From Fimbriimonadales bacterium (GTDB taxonomy: Bacteria > Armatimonadota > Fimbriimonadia > Fimbriimonadales > ATM1): a DNA stretch of 64,000 nt. Position numbers and translations under genes: made by a program. Of the stretch, positions 1 through 10,590 are shown one piece after another (within the stretch, counting starts at the first letter, position 1; each line of letters starts with the position of its first letter). Location: the NCBI GenBank assembly GCA_041744215.1, contig JBGTLG010000004.1, positions 32,001-96,000 of the forward strand, given 5' to 3'. The notes below the pieces were generated by a model that was not told the origin of the DNA, ran no database searches, and saw nothing but the letters and a program-made list of their open reading frames with translations.

Positions 1-773
1 CGCTACGATCGCTTGGAGTCGTTTCGCGCTTGCAATCGAATCCCATCGGGCGAGATGAGGCAGGAGATACCGTCCTCAAGTTAATGGAGGATCATCGTCT
101 CGATCCTCCATTGATCGTCCATGGTTACATGACGCCTGTGACGGACATTTTCGTTACACCCGATGGTGAGCGCACCATGGTCGGCGCGGGCTTTGCCACA
201 ATGGATCGATCCGACATTGCACTACCGGATGTTCGTGATGCATCGTGGTTGACGGCAGAGCCAAACATGCCGAACGCCTCTCGACGGGCTGTTGAGCACG
301 CACAAAGCGCCGGCATCAAGACATACCTGATGGACTTCTACGCCACCGAACACGACACAATCGTTTCCAGATGTGACGTTTGGCAGTCGAGCACGGACTG
401 GGTCGGCCAGCGTGGAGACACGGAGGAGAACCTTCGATGGGTCGAGGAACACGCACGGCGCTTCGGATGCGCGACCATCGTCACCGACGGGCCCCGCGGT
501 TTGTTTGCGGCATCTAAGGATTTTGGCGCACGTGCGTTTCCGGCCCTAGTTGCGCCCGCTGTCGTCGACACGACGGGTGCTGGCGACGTTTTTCGCGCAG
601 GTGTACTTGCTGCATTGGCAGACGGCCTACCACTTGCGAGGGCACTGCTTTTTGGGTCGGCTGCCTCTGCTTGCGCGATTGGCACCTTGGGAGCTACAAA
701 CGGACTGCCGACGAGAGAGATTGTCGATGCTCTCATGAAGCAGAACGAGTTGCTAGTGCGCGCGTATGATTAG
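1..773 (+). CDS. PfkB/ribokinase-family carbohydrate kinase (5'-truncated by window edge)
   Basis: PfkB signature VVDTTGAGDVFRAG; D-GERT-M motif; frame is open back to the window start. Confidence 0.9.
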   Translation, partial: LRSLGVVSRLQSNPIGRDEAGDTVLKLMEDHRLDPPLIVHGYMTPVTDIFVTPDGERTMVGAGFATMDRSDIALPDVRDASWLTAEPNMPNASRRAVEHAQSAGIKTYLMDFYATEHDTIVSRCDVWQSSTDWVGQRGDTEENLRWVEEHARRFGCATIVTDGPRGLFAASKDFGARAFPALVAPAVVDTTGAGDVFRAGVLAALADGLPLARALLFGSAASACAIGTLGATNGLPTREIVDALMKQNELLVRAYD

Positions 774-1689
774 GCCTATCGCGATTAAGCCAGGTAATTT
801 GGTTGCCTTTGTCGCTCCAGCATCACCGAGTGAATTGAGCAAGATCGAATACGCGATCTCGCTGTTCGAGTCGAGGGGATATCGCGTCACTTTGGGCAAG
901 TGTTGTCTTGCTCCGACCGGCGGTACAACTTGGAGCGATTCTGTGCGTGCAGCTGAGTTGATCGATGCCTGGATGGATGTTGGTGTCCGCGCGGTCATCT
1001 GTGTTCGCGGAGGTTACGGTTCGGCGAGGTTGCTGAATCATCTTGACTTTGATCGTATGGTCGAGGAGCCGAAGGTTTTCGCGGGCTTTAGTGACATCAC
1101 GGCGCTTCATATCGCCCTGAATAGGCGCGGGCTTGTGACGTTCCACTCTCCAATGCCAGCGACGCTGAGTTCGGATACTCCCAGTTGGGTCGTGGATTCT
1201 CTGTTTGACAGTCTCGAAGGGCGTACGCCGAGCGTCCAACACCTCAATGGGTGTGAGACGATTTCACCAGGGGTTGCAACAGGTCGGTTGGTTGGAGGCT
1301 GCCTTCGATTAATCTGCGACTCTCTCGGGACACCTGACGAAATCGACACCTCGGGCAAGATTCTCTTGGTGGAGGATGTCGACGAGGAGCCCCACCGCGT
1401 TGACGCTATGTTTACGCATTTGCTGAATGCCGGGAAGCTTCAGCAAGTCGCAGGAATTGTCGTTGGTGGATTTTCTGGAACGGATGAGAAACGAAATCAG
1501 AAGAGTGATGGTCCAACTTGGCGAGAGATTGTACGTGAGCGACTCAATGGAATCCGGAAACCGTCCATAATGGACTTTCCAATTGGACATAGAGCGGAGA
1601 ATGCGACGTACCCCCTTGGGGCCAGCGTAAGGTTGGATGCGAAAGTAGGAAAAGTAGAATGTTTGGAGCCAGGGGCAAGATCGGACTAA
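766..1689 (+). CDS. ldcA: LD-carboxypeptidase (peptidase S66 family)
   Basis: VAPAS, RGGYG, nucleophile GFSDIT, LLVED, IGH motifs; overlaps upstream stop. Confidence 0.9.
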   Translation: MIRPIAIKPGNLVAFVAPASPSELSKIEYAISLFESRGYRVTLGKCCLAPTGGTTWSDSVRAAELIDAWMDVGVRAVICVRGGYGSARLLNHLDFDRMVEEPKVFAGFSDITALHIALNRRGLVTFHSPMPATLSSDTPSWVVDSLFDSLEGRTPSVQHLNGCETISPGVATGRLVGGCLRLICDSLGTPDEIDTSGKILLVEDVDEEPHRVDAMFTHLLNAGKLQQVAGIVVGGFSGTDEKRNQKSDGPTWREIVRERLNGIRKPSIMDFPIGHRAENATYPLGASVRLDAKVGKVECLEPGARSD

Positions 1690-3089
1690 AACTGACGACG
1701 TTAAGCATCGTCGGCTTCCTCTGTCTTGTTGCCCAAGGCGGAGCGAGCGGCTCTGTAGTTTCATGGACGAAGGAGCTACTCGGAGACGTCTCTTACCGAA
1801 GCGAGGTCCGCCTTGGCCTACCGATGGACGTTCACGTGGTTCGGTTCCGATATCCAGCGAGCGGCGTGAGGCTCGAAACCAAACTTGCAGGGGGAACTGT
1901 GCTGGCTGCTAACAATGTGACGACACGGGCTCGAGTATCGCAAATGGCGCGCGAGCGCGGCGCATTCCTTGCGGTCAACGCAGACTACTTCGCCCCGAGC
2001 GGAGACCCTCTCGGACTGTTCATTCAAGACGGCCAATTGATTAGTGAGCCGTTTCGGACACGATCCGCGTTCGGATGGAGTGAAACCAACACCTTTATCG
2101 ATCGACCGACCTGGACAGCTTCATTGGAAGCACCAAATGGAGTGAAGCTTCCGATTCATGCGGTTAATCGTGTCGCAGGCGCAAACGAGATCGTGCTGTT
2201 TTCGGAGATCGGAAGCACTGCGGTTGCTTCCGCAAACGCAATGATGTTCGTCTTTGAGACAAGCGCTTCGCCGATTCCAGATGGAACCGCCACCGCAGTT
2301 TTCAAGCACGTCACGCCTGACGTCCGATCGATGCCTGTCAAAAAGGGCCAGTGGATCGTTGCTGCGACAGGATCATTTCAATTGCGCCTACTGGCAGGGA
2401 TTCAGCAGAACACCGCATACCAGTTCAAGTTTAATCTGTCGGGCTCTGCCGACTGGGCAAAGGCGAGGTTTGCGGTTGGCGGTGGGCCAAGACTCATTCG
2501 CAATGGACGCGTGTCGGTTGAGTACTTGGAAGAGTCATTCGATAACAACTTTGCGCTCAAGCGACACCCTCGCACAGCGATCGGAATTGCAGATAACGGG
2601 GACGTCGTCATCGTGGTCATCGACGGGCGCTCAAGATTCTCGACTGGCGCGACACTGAACGAACTCGCGTGGATTATGCGGGGCTTAGGATGCGTCGAGG
2701 CGCTGAATCTCGACGGTGGCGGCAGCTCCACATTGTATGTCGGCGGCGCGATCCTAAATCGGCCCAGCGACGGCCAGGAGCGCCCTGTTGCAAACGCTCT
2801 GCTACTGTTCGTTCCTCCTTCGTCTGTATCGACGCTGGGGCTCAGAATCAGCGCGCCCGCGGCCGAGGTTTTCGAGGGGGAGTCTATACCTCTCAAAGCG
2901 CTCGCTCCCGACGGTTCCGAAGTTGCTCCCAATTCAGTGGTGTGGGTCGCAGAGTCTCCTAATGTGCGCGTGACCCAAGATGGGGTCCTCCTGGCGATCA
3001 AGGAAGGTAAAGCACGGGTGCGGGCGATCAACCAGGGGACGTCGACGTTCGCTGAGGTCACAGTCGTCGCCAAAAAACCGAGCCAGTAA
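1659..3089 (+). CDS. Secreted phosphodiester glycosidase (NAGPA-like) with C-terminal Ig-like (Big_2-type) domain
   Basis: AVNADYF, GGGPRLI, HPRTAIG, IDGR, ALNLDGGGSS motifs; hydrophobic N-terminus; exact start uncertain. Confidence 0.85.
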   Translation: MFGARGKIGLKLTTLSIVGFLCLVAQGGASGSVVSWTKELLGDVSYRSEVRLGLPMDVHVVRFRYPASGVRLETKLAGGTVLAANNVTTRARVSQMARERGAFLAVNADYFAPSGDPLGLFIQDGQLISEPFRTRSAFGWSETNTFIDRPTWTASLEAPNGVKLPIHAVNRVAGANEIVLFSEIGSTAVASANAMMFVFETSASPIPDGTATAVFKHVTPDVRSMPVKKGQWIVAATGSFQLRLLAGIQQNTAYQFKFNLSGSADWAKARFAVGGGPRLIRNGRVSVEYLEESFDNNFALKRHPRTAIGIADNGDVVIVVIDGRSRFSTGATLNELAWIMRGLGCVEALNLDGGGSSTLYVGGAILNRPSDGQERPVANALLLFVPPSSVSTLGLRISAPAAEVFEGESIPLKALAPDGSEVAPNSVVWVAESPNVRVTQDGVLLAIKEGKARVRAINQGTSTFAEVTVVAKKPSQ

Positions 3090-3156
3090 CGGGAACTCCC
3101 GCGCCGGATGCTCACGTATCTTCACACGAACTCACACAAAGTGCCTGCCTGCACTT

Positions 3157-3189
3157 GGGGGTCTCGCGATAGGTGGGACCCCCTTTTTT
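3157..3189 (+). terminator. Rho-independent terminator
   Basis: GGGGGTCTCGC-GATAG-GTGGGACCCCC stem (with G:U pairs) followed by T6. Confidence 0.8.
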
Positions 3190-3238
3190 CGTGTTTAGTC
3201 TGCGGCAGTTGCCTCCGTTGGGCAAAGATTAAGTGTGA

Positions 3239-4456
3239 ATGGCCCTCTTTTTGGCGGTCGCCTGGGCTGCCGCTGCTAACCTGATTGCCTTCGGCTTCGG
3301 CGCATTGGCGCGCCGCGCCGCAACGCGCCAAGATGCAGGGGCATCCTACTCGGCTGTTCGCAAGCTGATCAAGCTGTCCTCTATTGTCAACCTCTTTGTC
3401 GCAACCGCCGCTGCAGTTGGAGTTGCATTCCTGGTTGTTCCCACCACGTCTTTTTCAGCGCGTCTCATAGCTGCGGGACTCGCTTTCATGGCTGGTGCAG
3501 TGGCAGGGGAGTGGCTTATCGGTCATCGTATGTATCGCCCTTATGAGACCGTCCGGCCAGACCAGCTCACGTCACGGGCTTTTCGATTTCGATTGATCGC
3601 GACTGCTTTATCAATCGCGTTGCCGATTGGGGTCACGATGATCTTGATCGGGTCGATTGGAGACTTAGCACATACTGATGTAGGACAGCGCGGATCGACC
3701 GCGAACGCGATTGCATTTGTGCTCGCCCTGATGCTCTGGGTTGTCCAATGGAGCGCGATCAAGCTTGTCCTTCTGCCAGGTCGACCTGCCGACTTCCCAA
3801 TGCCAGACTGGGAGGAGGACGTAAAACGGCTTGCAGAGAGAATGGGAACCCGGCTGACCGACTTGCTTATACTTCGAACGGGCAGGTCGAGGATTGCGGG
3901 AGCGTATGCGCTGGGAGGTGGACGAATCGCGATAACGGATGACCTTTTGGCTGCGCTCTCAAAGGAAGAGTTCATGGCGGTCATGGCTCATGAGCTAAAG
4001 CACTTTACACAGCGACGAAAGACGACGCTATTTGCGTGTGCGTTCGTCGTCGGCGCGGGCGGTGCAGCAGCGCTGTCTGTGTGGGCCGCATCGGCTGGAG
4101 TGATTCCGATGCTCGCCGCGACGAGTATTGCCACTCTTTCTGCGCTAGTGCCGCTGTGGCGACTGACCAAACTGAGGGCCCTTCATGAAGATGAGGCTGA
4201 CTTGGCTGCCATCGAACAGATTGGCGCGATGCCGCTTATGTGTGCTCTCGCGAAAACTTATGCTGTGAATGGCCGGCTAGGAGATTCGACGACTGGGTCG
4301 ATCCATCGAGGGTTGCGGAATCGACTAAGTCTCTTGGCGGCTAGAGGACGCATTCCTGCCTCGGCTGTCGCCGACGCGGTCAGCTCAGGTGAAACATTCG
4401 ACCTGGCGGGAGCGCAGGTATCCTTTTCAAGCCAATGGAAAGGAACCTCGCCTTAG
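3239..4456 (+). CDS. Membrane zinc metalloprotease, M48 (HtpX/Ste24-like)
   Basis: Multiple TM segments, AVMAHELKH (HExxH), downstream E-x-EAD ligand motif. Confidence 0.8.
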   Translation: MALFLAVAWAAAANLIAFGFGALARRAATRQDAGASYSAVRKLIKLSSIVNLFVATAAAVGVAFLVVPTTSFSARLIAAGLAFMAGAVAGEWLIGHRMYRPYETVRPDQLTSRAFRFRLIATALSIALPIGVTMILIGSIGDLAHTDVGQRGSTANAIAFVLALMLWVVQWSAIKLVLLPGRPADFPMPDWEEDVKRLAERMGTRLTDLLILRTGRSRIAGAYALGGGRIAITDDLLAALSKEEFMAVMAHELKHFTQRRKTTLFACAFVVGAGGAAALSVWAASAGVIPMLAATSIATLSALVPLWRLTKLRALHEDEADLAAIEQIGAMPLMCALAKTYAVNGRLGDSTTGSIHRGLRNRLSLLAARGRIPASAVADAVSSGETFDLAGAQVSFSSQWKGTSP

Positions 4457-5388
4457 AATTCGTTCGAGTCACAGAAGCCGCAGCGCTCGCGTGCGCAAAA
4501 TGGGTTGGAAAGGGGGATCGGCATGCCGCTGACCAGGCGGCGTGCGACTCAATGCGCAGAACGCTCAATTCCATGGAGGTGAGCGGTGTCATCGTCATCG
4601 GTGAGGGCGAACGCGACGAGGCTCCGATGCTGTACATTGGCGAGGAGCTTGGCGCCGGAGGACAAGCTGTTGAAATCGCCGTTGATCCGCTCGAAGGCAC
4701 AAATCTCTGCGCGAATGGACTTCCGAATGCGATTAGCGTCATCGCAGCGGCAGGCGGCGGAGGAAAGCTTATGCACGCGCCCGACTGCTATATGGACAAG
4801 CTAGTTGTTGGCGAAGCTGCCAAAGGCGCAATCGACATTGATCTTCCTCCTGCGGTGAATCTTCGTTCAATCGCAAAGTGCCTGGGGAAAAGCGTGGATG
4901 AGCTAATGGTGGGGATCCTTGATCGACCGAGGCACGAAAAACTCATCAACGAGGTTCGCGCAGCTGGTGCCCGCATTCATCTGGTTAGCGACGGAGACAT
5001 AACGCTTGCGCTTGCAGCGATCGAAGAAGAGACTGGCATCGATGCACTTATGGGCATTGGCGGAGCGCCTGAAGGTGTAATCACCGCCGCGGCGATACGG
5101 TGTTATGGAGGCGACATGCGCGCACGGCTCGTGTTTAGGAACGATGAGGAGAGGCATCGCGCAGGAAAGATGGGTAACGGCGAGTTGGATCGAGTGCTTA
5201 CTGTTGACGATATGGCCGTTGGGAACGTGATGTTCGCCGCTACCGGCATAACATCTGGAGACTTCTTGAAGGGAGTGCGCTTCACGGCGGATGGCGCAAT
5301 CACGGAGTCAATCGTGATGCGGGCGGTAAGCGGAACGGTCAGGCGAGTCCAAACCCGCCATCGGTTTGAGGGCAGCCCAAACTACTGA
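4435..5388 (+). CDS. glpX: Class II fructose-1,6-bisphosphatase
   Basis: VRVTEAAA, VIGEGERDEAPMLYIGE, AVDPLEGT, GIGGAPEGV motifs. Confidence 0.96.
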   Translation: MERNLALEFVRVTEAAALACAKWVGKGDRHAADQAACDSMRRTLNSMEVSGVIVIGEGERDEAPMLYIGEELGAGGQAVEIAVDPLEGTNLCANGLPNAISVIAAAGGGGKLMHAPDCYMDKLVVGEAAKGAIDIDLPPAVNLRSIAKCLGKSVDELMVGILDRPRHEKLINEVRAAGARIHLVSDGDITLALAAIEEETGIDALMGIGGAPEGVITAAAIRCYGGDMRARLVFRNDEERHRAGKMGNGELDRVLTVDDMAVGNVMFAATGITSGDFLKGVRFTADGAITESIVMRAVSGTVRRVQTRHRFEGSPNY

Positions 5389-5498
5389 GCCACCGAAAAG
5401 TCGAGAGTTTTCTCTTTTTGTGGTTGGCAGATTCGAAATCTCGTGTTATAAAGAAGGGATGACGTCCAGTCAAAAGGCTGGCGTCGGAGGTGTAAACC

Positions 5499-6641
5499 GT
5501 GAATCTAAGGCATTTGGCCGCCGCAATGGTGGCCCTTTTCTGTGTGAGTTCGGCCGTGGGACAGGCAGACGCGAAGGATACAGTCCTCGTGAAGTTCCGA
5601 ACCGAGGCTTGGGGCGCAGGTTTGCTCCACGCTAGGGTGATAGGAGCAGTACCGGTGCAAAGGGTGACGGCGCTTCAAGTCGAAGTTCTCAAAACCCCTC
5701 CGGGCATGTCTGTTGAGCAAACTGTGAAGCAGTTCTCTGCACTCTCATCAGTTGAGTACGCGGAGCCAAACTTCACCTACCATAGGATGGTAGTTCCCAA
5801 TGACCAGCACTATGGCGTGCAGTGGGCGCTTCCGAAGATCAGCGCTCCTTCGGCGTGGGACATCACCACTGGCTCGACAACGATTCGTGTTGCAGTCCTG
5901 GACACAGGTTACGACACGTCCCATCCTGACTTGTACCCTCAGGTCGTTGCTGCAAAAGACTTCACGATTCTGAACGGGAGCCCGAATACTGTCCAAGATG
6001 GGCATGGTCACGGGACGCACGTTGCGGGAACCGTTGCTGCGATTACGAACAACAGTATCGGAGTCGCGTCAATTGGCTGGAACACGAAGTTGATGATCGG
6101 CAAGGTGCTAGGCGATAACGGCAGCGGTTACCTGTCGGAAATCGCCAACGGGATCACCTGGGCTGCCGATAGCGGCGCAAAGGTGATCAACATGAGCCTT
6201 GGTGGGTCGAGTGGCTCAACGACGCTCCAAAACGCAGTGAACTATGCTTGGAACAAGGGCTGCGTGCTTGTCGCGGCAGCAGGAAACGCAGGAAACACAC
6301 GGGCTACGTACCCTGCGTACTACTCTAACTGCATTGCAGTCGCGGCGACGACGTCGAGTGACTCCCGAGCGAGCTTCAGCACGTTCGGCAGCTGGGTTGA
6401 CTGTGCGGCACCTGGTGTTGATATCGCCAGTACCTATCGAGGTGGAGGCTACGCATACATGAGCGGAACGTCGATGGCTGCGCCACACGTTGCTGGGTTA
6501 GCTGGTTTGGTTTGGGCAACATCGCACGGAACGAACAATACAAACGTGCGGTCGCGAGTCGAGACCACCGGCGATCCTGTAAGTAGCGGGTTTCGGCAGT
6601 TCCCGACCAAGCGTATCAATGCGCGAAAAGCCGTTCAGTAG
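5499..6641 (+). CDS. Secreted subtilisin/thermitase-like serine protease (S8)
   Basis: Catalytic triad motifs VLDTG, HGTHVAG, SGTSMAAPHVAG; signal peptide; GGAGG RBS before GTG. Confidence 0.95.
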   Translation: MNLRHLAAAMVALFCVSSAVGQADAKDTVLVKFRTEAWGAGLLHARVIGAVPVQRVTALQVEVLKTPPGMSVEQTVKQFSALSSVEYAEPNFTYHRMVVPNDQHYGVQWALPKISAPSAWDITTGSTTIRVAVLDTGYDTSHPDLYPQVVAAKDFTILNGSPNTVQDGHGHGTHVAGTVAAITNNSIGVASIGWNTKLMIGKVLGDNGSGYLSEIANGITWAADSGAKVINMSLGGSSGSTTLQNAVNYAWNKGCVLVAAAGNAGNTRATYPAYYSNCIAVAATTSSDSRASFSTFGSWVDCAAPGVDIASTYRGGGYAYMSGTSMAAPHVAGLAGLVWATSHGTNNTNVRSRVETTGDPVSSGFRQFPTKRINARKAVQ

Positions 6642-6648
6642 ACGAGTA

Positions 6649-6679
6649 AAACGCGGTCGCTATCTTAGCGACCGCGTTT
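6649..6679. terminator. Likely bidirectional terminator between convergent S8 protease and araH
   Basis: Perfect 14-bp stem AAACGCGGTCGCTA / TAGCGACCGCGTTT with 3-nt loop. Confidence 0.75.
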
Positions 6680-6702
6680 CAGATTTTGAAACAGAAAACA
6701 AA

Positions 6703-7653
6703 TCAGCTCGTTTTGCGTCGTAGGATTGCACGGTGCTTTAGGCGATCCAGAGTAACCGCAAGGAGCAACACGGTTCCAGTTATCACTAACTTCCAAAAGG
6801 CAGGAATGTTCAGCAATCCCATCGCGTTTTCTAAAACACCCATGATGAGTACGCCGACGATGACGCCCGTGATCGTTCCAATGCCGCCAGTCAATGACAC
6901 TCCCCCGAGTACACAAGCGGATATAACCTGAAGCTCGAGTCCAAGGCCAGCTGTCGGTTGGCCACTTGTGACTCGCGAGGCCAAAATCACGCCCGCAAAA
7001 GCGGCGACCGCACCTTGGAGCGTGAAGATAATCATCTTCGTTCTTGATACGGCGATCCCTGCCAGGCGTGCGGCCTCGGGACTCCCGCCAACAGCAAGAG
7101 TGTTTCTGCCAAAGATAGTCCTATTGAGAAGCAGTCCAAAGATCACGAAGCACGCCAACATAATCCACACCGGCGACGGTAATCCGAACCACACCGATTG
7201 TCCGAGCGCAACGAACCCTTCATCCGAGATACCGATCGACGATCCTTCGGAAGCAAGTTGCGCGGACCCGCGCACAATCTGCATCGTGGCAAGCGTCGTT
7301 ATCAGCGCATTGATTCCAACTTTTGCAATGAAGAAGCCATTGACTAGCCCGACCAGCGCCCCGGCAGCCATCGGGATGAGCACGGCATATGCGACGCTGC
7401 CGGTTTGGGTGATTACGATCGCCGCTAAAACTCCCCCAAGAGCGACCGTCGACCCGACTGACAGATCGAAATCGCCGCCCGCGAGGCAAAACAGCATCGT
7501 ACATGCGACCATCCCTACGACTGAAACAGAAACCAAGATCGTCCGGATGTTGATTGCTGTAGCAAAGTTTTCCACACTCGCGGACAGCACCAGCACGAAC
7601 GCAACAAACACAACGAGCATGCCTGTCGTCTCCCAAAGCTGGCGAGGGGTCAC
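6703..7653 (-). CDS. araH: L-arabinose ABC transporter permease
   Basis: MLFCLAGGDFDLSVGS, INALITTLATMQIVRG, ELQVISACVLGGVSL motifs typical of AraH. Confidence 0.9.
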   Translation of the reverse strand: MTPRQLWETTGMLVVFVAFVLVLSASVENFATAINIRTILVSVSVVGMVACTMLFCLAGGDFDLSVGSTVALGGVLAAIVITQTGSVAYAVLIPMAAGALVGLVNGFFIAKVGINALITTLATMQIVRGSAQLASEGSSIGISDEGFVALGQSVWFGLPSPVWIMLACFVIFGLLLNRTIFGRNTLAVGGSPEAARLAGIAVSRTKMIIFTLQGAVAAFAGVILASRVTSGQPTAGLGLELQVISACVLGGVSLTGGIGTITGVIVGVLIMGVLENAMGLLNIPAFWKLVITGTVLLLAVTLDRLKHRAILRRKTS

Positions 7654-9164
7654 GCTATCTCATCCTCCGAATCGCCTGCGGGCAACGCAGCCTTCATGAG
7701 TAACTCTTGTGTTGCCTCGCTTCGATCGAACTGCGCAACTATGCGACCCTCTCTCATTACAAGGACGCGATCACAAACGCCGAGCACTTCTGGCAACTCA
7801 CTTGACACCAGGAGAACGCCCACACCGCTCTCAGCAAGATCGAAAATCACGTCGTAAATCTCTCGCTTCGCCCCAACATCGATTCCCCGCGTCGGTTCAT
7901 CAAGCAGCATGATACGGACGTTTTCGCTTAACCAACGACCTAAAACCACCTTCTGCTGATTCCCACCTGAAAGTAGTCCCACAGGCTGATCAATTGAAGG
8001 CGTGCGAACCCTCAATCGGTCGACCTGTGCTTGCGCGTTCTTTCTTTCCCACCGCTCATTAATGATGAACCCCAAGTTAGCATGCTTCCGCCGAGCGCTC
8101 AAGTTCTCATTCTCTTTCACAGACCTTAGGACCAAGATCCCTTCGTCTTTCCTGTCTTCGGGACACAATGCGATCCCTGCTCGTATCGCATCCGCGGTGC
8201 TCCGCAATTGGCGCGTCGAACCATCGACAAGAACCGTTCCGGATTTCGCTCGCGATGCGCCGCAGATGCCCTTCATCAACTCCGTTCTTCCCGCTCCTAC
8301 AAGCCCAAAAACGCCAACAATCTCACCTGAGCGAACCGTAAGCGACGCTGGAGACGAAAGTCCCGGGGCCACCAATTCCATAACTTGCAGTGCGACGCCT
8401 CGGCGTTCCCGCTCTCGAAAGCCGTAGATATCGTCGATCTCTCGGCCGACCATAAACCTCACAACATCCCGCGGCGAATGGTCCGATAGTTTGTCGGTCG
8501 TCAGGACGTGCTCCCCGTCTCGTAACACCGTGATGGAGTCGCATAGAGAGAAAACCTCACCCATTCGGTGGCTCACATACAAAATCACCTTGTCCCTGCG
8601 CTTCAACTCTTGAATGATTGCGAAGAGTCGGGCAACTTCGCGTGCGCTTAAGCTGCTGGTGGGCTCGTCGAATGCGAAAACCCTAGCGTCGTGTGATAGC
8701 GCTTTTGCGATCTCGACCATCTGCCGTTGCGCGAGTGGCAGCGTGCCAACCTTCGCACGAGGATCAACTTGAATGCCGACTTCTGACAGTTTGGCAGCTG
8801 TATTGTCGAACATCTCTGCAGGTTTCGTCCAGCCGAAGCGATTCGGAAGATGTCCAAGGAAGACGTTTTCAGCAACCGACAACTCTGGAACCAGATGGAG
8901 TTCTTGATAGATTACGGAAACACCAAGCCGGATCGCGGCAATCGGCGATGCGAACGACATGGCGTCGTTCCCAATGATGAGGCTCCCGGAGTCGGGTCGG
9001 CAGGCTCCACTCAAAATCTTTAAGAGGGTGCTTTTTCCCGCGCCATTCTCGCCTACGAGCGCGTGGACCGACCCTCTGTTAACTCCAAACGTAACATCAT
9101 TCAGCGCCTGCACGCCAGGAAAGCCCTTCGAGACCGACTCAAACCGAAGAAACTCGCCACTCAT
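7650..9164 (-). CDS. araG: L-arabinose ABC transporter ATP-binding protein
   Basis: Tandem sugar ABC domains: GENGAGKST, FDEPTSSLS, LSGGNQQK; lies between araF and araH. Confidence 0.9.
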   Translation of the reverse strand: MSGEFLRFESVSKGFPGVQALNDVTFGVNRGSVHALVGENGAGKSTLLKILSGACRPDSGSLIIGNDAMSFASPIAAIRLGVSVIYQELHLVPELSVAENVFLGHLPNRFGWTKPAEMFDNTAAKLSEVGIQVDPRAKVGTLPLAQRQMVEIAKALSHDARVFAFDEPTSSLSAREVARLFAIIQELKRRDKVILYVSHRMGEVFSLCDSITVLRDGEHVLTTDKLSDHSPRDVVRFMVGREIDDIYGFRERERRGVALQVMELVAPGLSSPASLTVRSGEIVGVFGLVGAGRTELMKGICGASRAKSGTVLVDGSTRQLRSTADAIRAGIALCPEDRKDEGILVLRSVKENENLSARRKHANLGFIINERWERKNAQAQVDRLRVRTPSIDQPVGLLSGGNQQKVVLGRWLSENVRIMLLDEPTRGIDVGAKREIYDVIFDLAESGVGVLLVSSELPEVLGVCDRVLVMREGRIVAQFDRSEATQELLMKAALPAGDSEDEIA

Positions 9165-9184
9165 ATTGTAATCGGTGGGAGATC

Positions 9185-9212
9185 GCAGCCGCGGAGGTTT
9201 TTCCGCGGCTGC
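9185..9212. other. Intercistronic hairpin between araF and araG (probable mRNA-stabilising or attenuating stem)
   Basis: Perfect 11-bp stem GCAGCCGCGGA / TCCGCGGCTGC with 6-nt loop; no clear U tract on the minus strand. Confidence 0.55.
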
Positions 9213-9258
9213 CCAACCTGTCCGGGAATCTTGCGCATGCCCTCCCGGTCGGCCAACT

Positions 9259-10272
9259 TTAGAGCAACCCCTCCTTGGCCATCAGGTCTTCAAAGTTCTC
9301 CCTCGTAATCAAGATGCCGCTAGTCCATGTTTCTTTGGGCGGTTCTGTGCCTTCGGTAATCCACTTGTACATCATGACTGCCGTGTCGTAACCATGCTTG
9401 CGCGGACTCAGTAGAACAGAGGCGAAAAAGCCGGTCGGATTGGGCTTCTTAAAATCGTCTACTCCGCTCGTGCCGTTGATCCCAACACCGATCACGTCGG
9501 TTGCGGCTAACCCCCGCGACTCTGTGGCCCGGACAAATCCTAACACACCATCATCGTTGGAACTGAATGCAATCCACTTTTTGACGGCTGGATACCGCGT
9601 AAGCGCGACGCTCGCAGCTTCGACCGCTGTTTCAATGTTATGCGGTGATTTCCACGGAGTCTTATGAATCCTGTCAATCGGAAAACCGTTTGCTGAGAGC
9701 ACCTCGATCGCCCCTTCGATGCGTTCCCTTGCTGTCTGTAACTCATCGACGGTTAGCGCCATGGCACCGACTTCAGCCATGCTCCATCCTCGGCTCTTCA
9801 TTTCGTCGATCAGTGCTTGACCAACCATCCTTCCAATGTCGCGCGCAGAGATCCCAAGATGATGAACGCTGGTTAGCGGTCCATCCGGCCCTTCGAGCCG
9901 GTCATCGACCGTCAAGAGCTTCATCCCGTACTCGTTCGCTTTAGATACGATCAGCGGCCCGAGCTTCGGATCAGGCGTGCAGATGATCAATCCCTGAGCC
10001 CCTTGCGATGCCAGATTGTCGATAGCGGAGATCACCTTCTCTCCGTCTTTGGCTTCAAGCTCGATCAGTTGAAAGCCGTGCTCTTTCGCAGCTTCGCGGG
10101 CAAACTTCCATTCAGTCTGGAACCACGGCTCTTGGGCGAGTTTGACGACGAAGCCGACCTTGACCTTTTTCCCATCGGGAGTAGTCGCTGCTGGAGCGTC
10201 GGACTTGCCACCGCATCCCGCCGCGACTAAGCTCGCCAGGGTAAGGCTGAGTAGAGGGAGAAAGTGCTTCAT
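9259..10272 (-). CDS. araF: L-arabinose ABC transporter substrate-binding lipoprotein
   Basis: GFVVKLAQEPWFQTEW, ICTPDPKLGP, GVGING motifs; lipobox LVAAG-C; start reset to MKHFL (ATG 10272). Confidence 0.9.
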   Translation of the reverse strand: MKHFLPLLSLTLASLVAAGCGGKSDAPAATTPDGKKVKVGFVVKLAQEPWFQTEWKFAREAAKEHGFQLIELEAKDGEKVISAIDNLASQGAQGLIICTPDPKLGPLIVSKANEYGMKLLTVDDRLEGPDGPLTSVHHLGISARDIGRMVGQALIDEMKSRGWSMAEVGAMALTVDELQTARERIEGAIEVLSANGFPIDRIHKTPWKSPHNIETAVEAASVALTRYPAVKKWIAFSSNDDGVLGFVRATESRGLAATDVIGVGINGTSGVDDFKKPNPTGFFASVLLSPRKHGYDTAVMMYKWITEGTEPPKETWTSGILITRENFEDLMAKEGLL

Positions 10273-10590
10273 AGTTCCCGGGCAGTTTACATGGTAGCGG
10301 CAGATGGTGCCCCGCCTCTGAAGCCTGTCACAGACGCGCTGGCCTCGCGAAGCGAGGTCAAGAACTCGGTTGACGGCGACTTGAGGTTTCGGGGAGTGGG
10401 GAAGATTAGTGAAGGCCGATCGCGCGAGGAACATTTTCGACCGGAACAGAGACGCAGCTAGTCACCTTTGCGCCATACGCACGTGTTCGTTCAGCGAAGC
10501 AGGGGGCGATCTCGGAGGCGGCGGGAGGAAAGGCGGTCTCCTTTGCCGAACTGAACGCCTTGCGGCCGATGCCGCGAAAGGTCAAGAAAG

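Noticed and set aside
10273-10434. N-terminal extension of araF in the ORF track
   Set aside because: The lipoprotein signal begins at MKHFL (10272); upstream residues look non-coding
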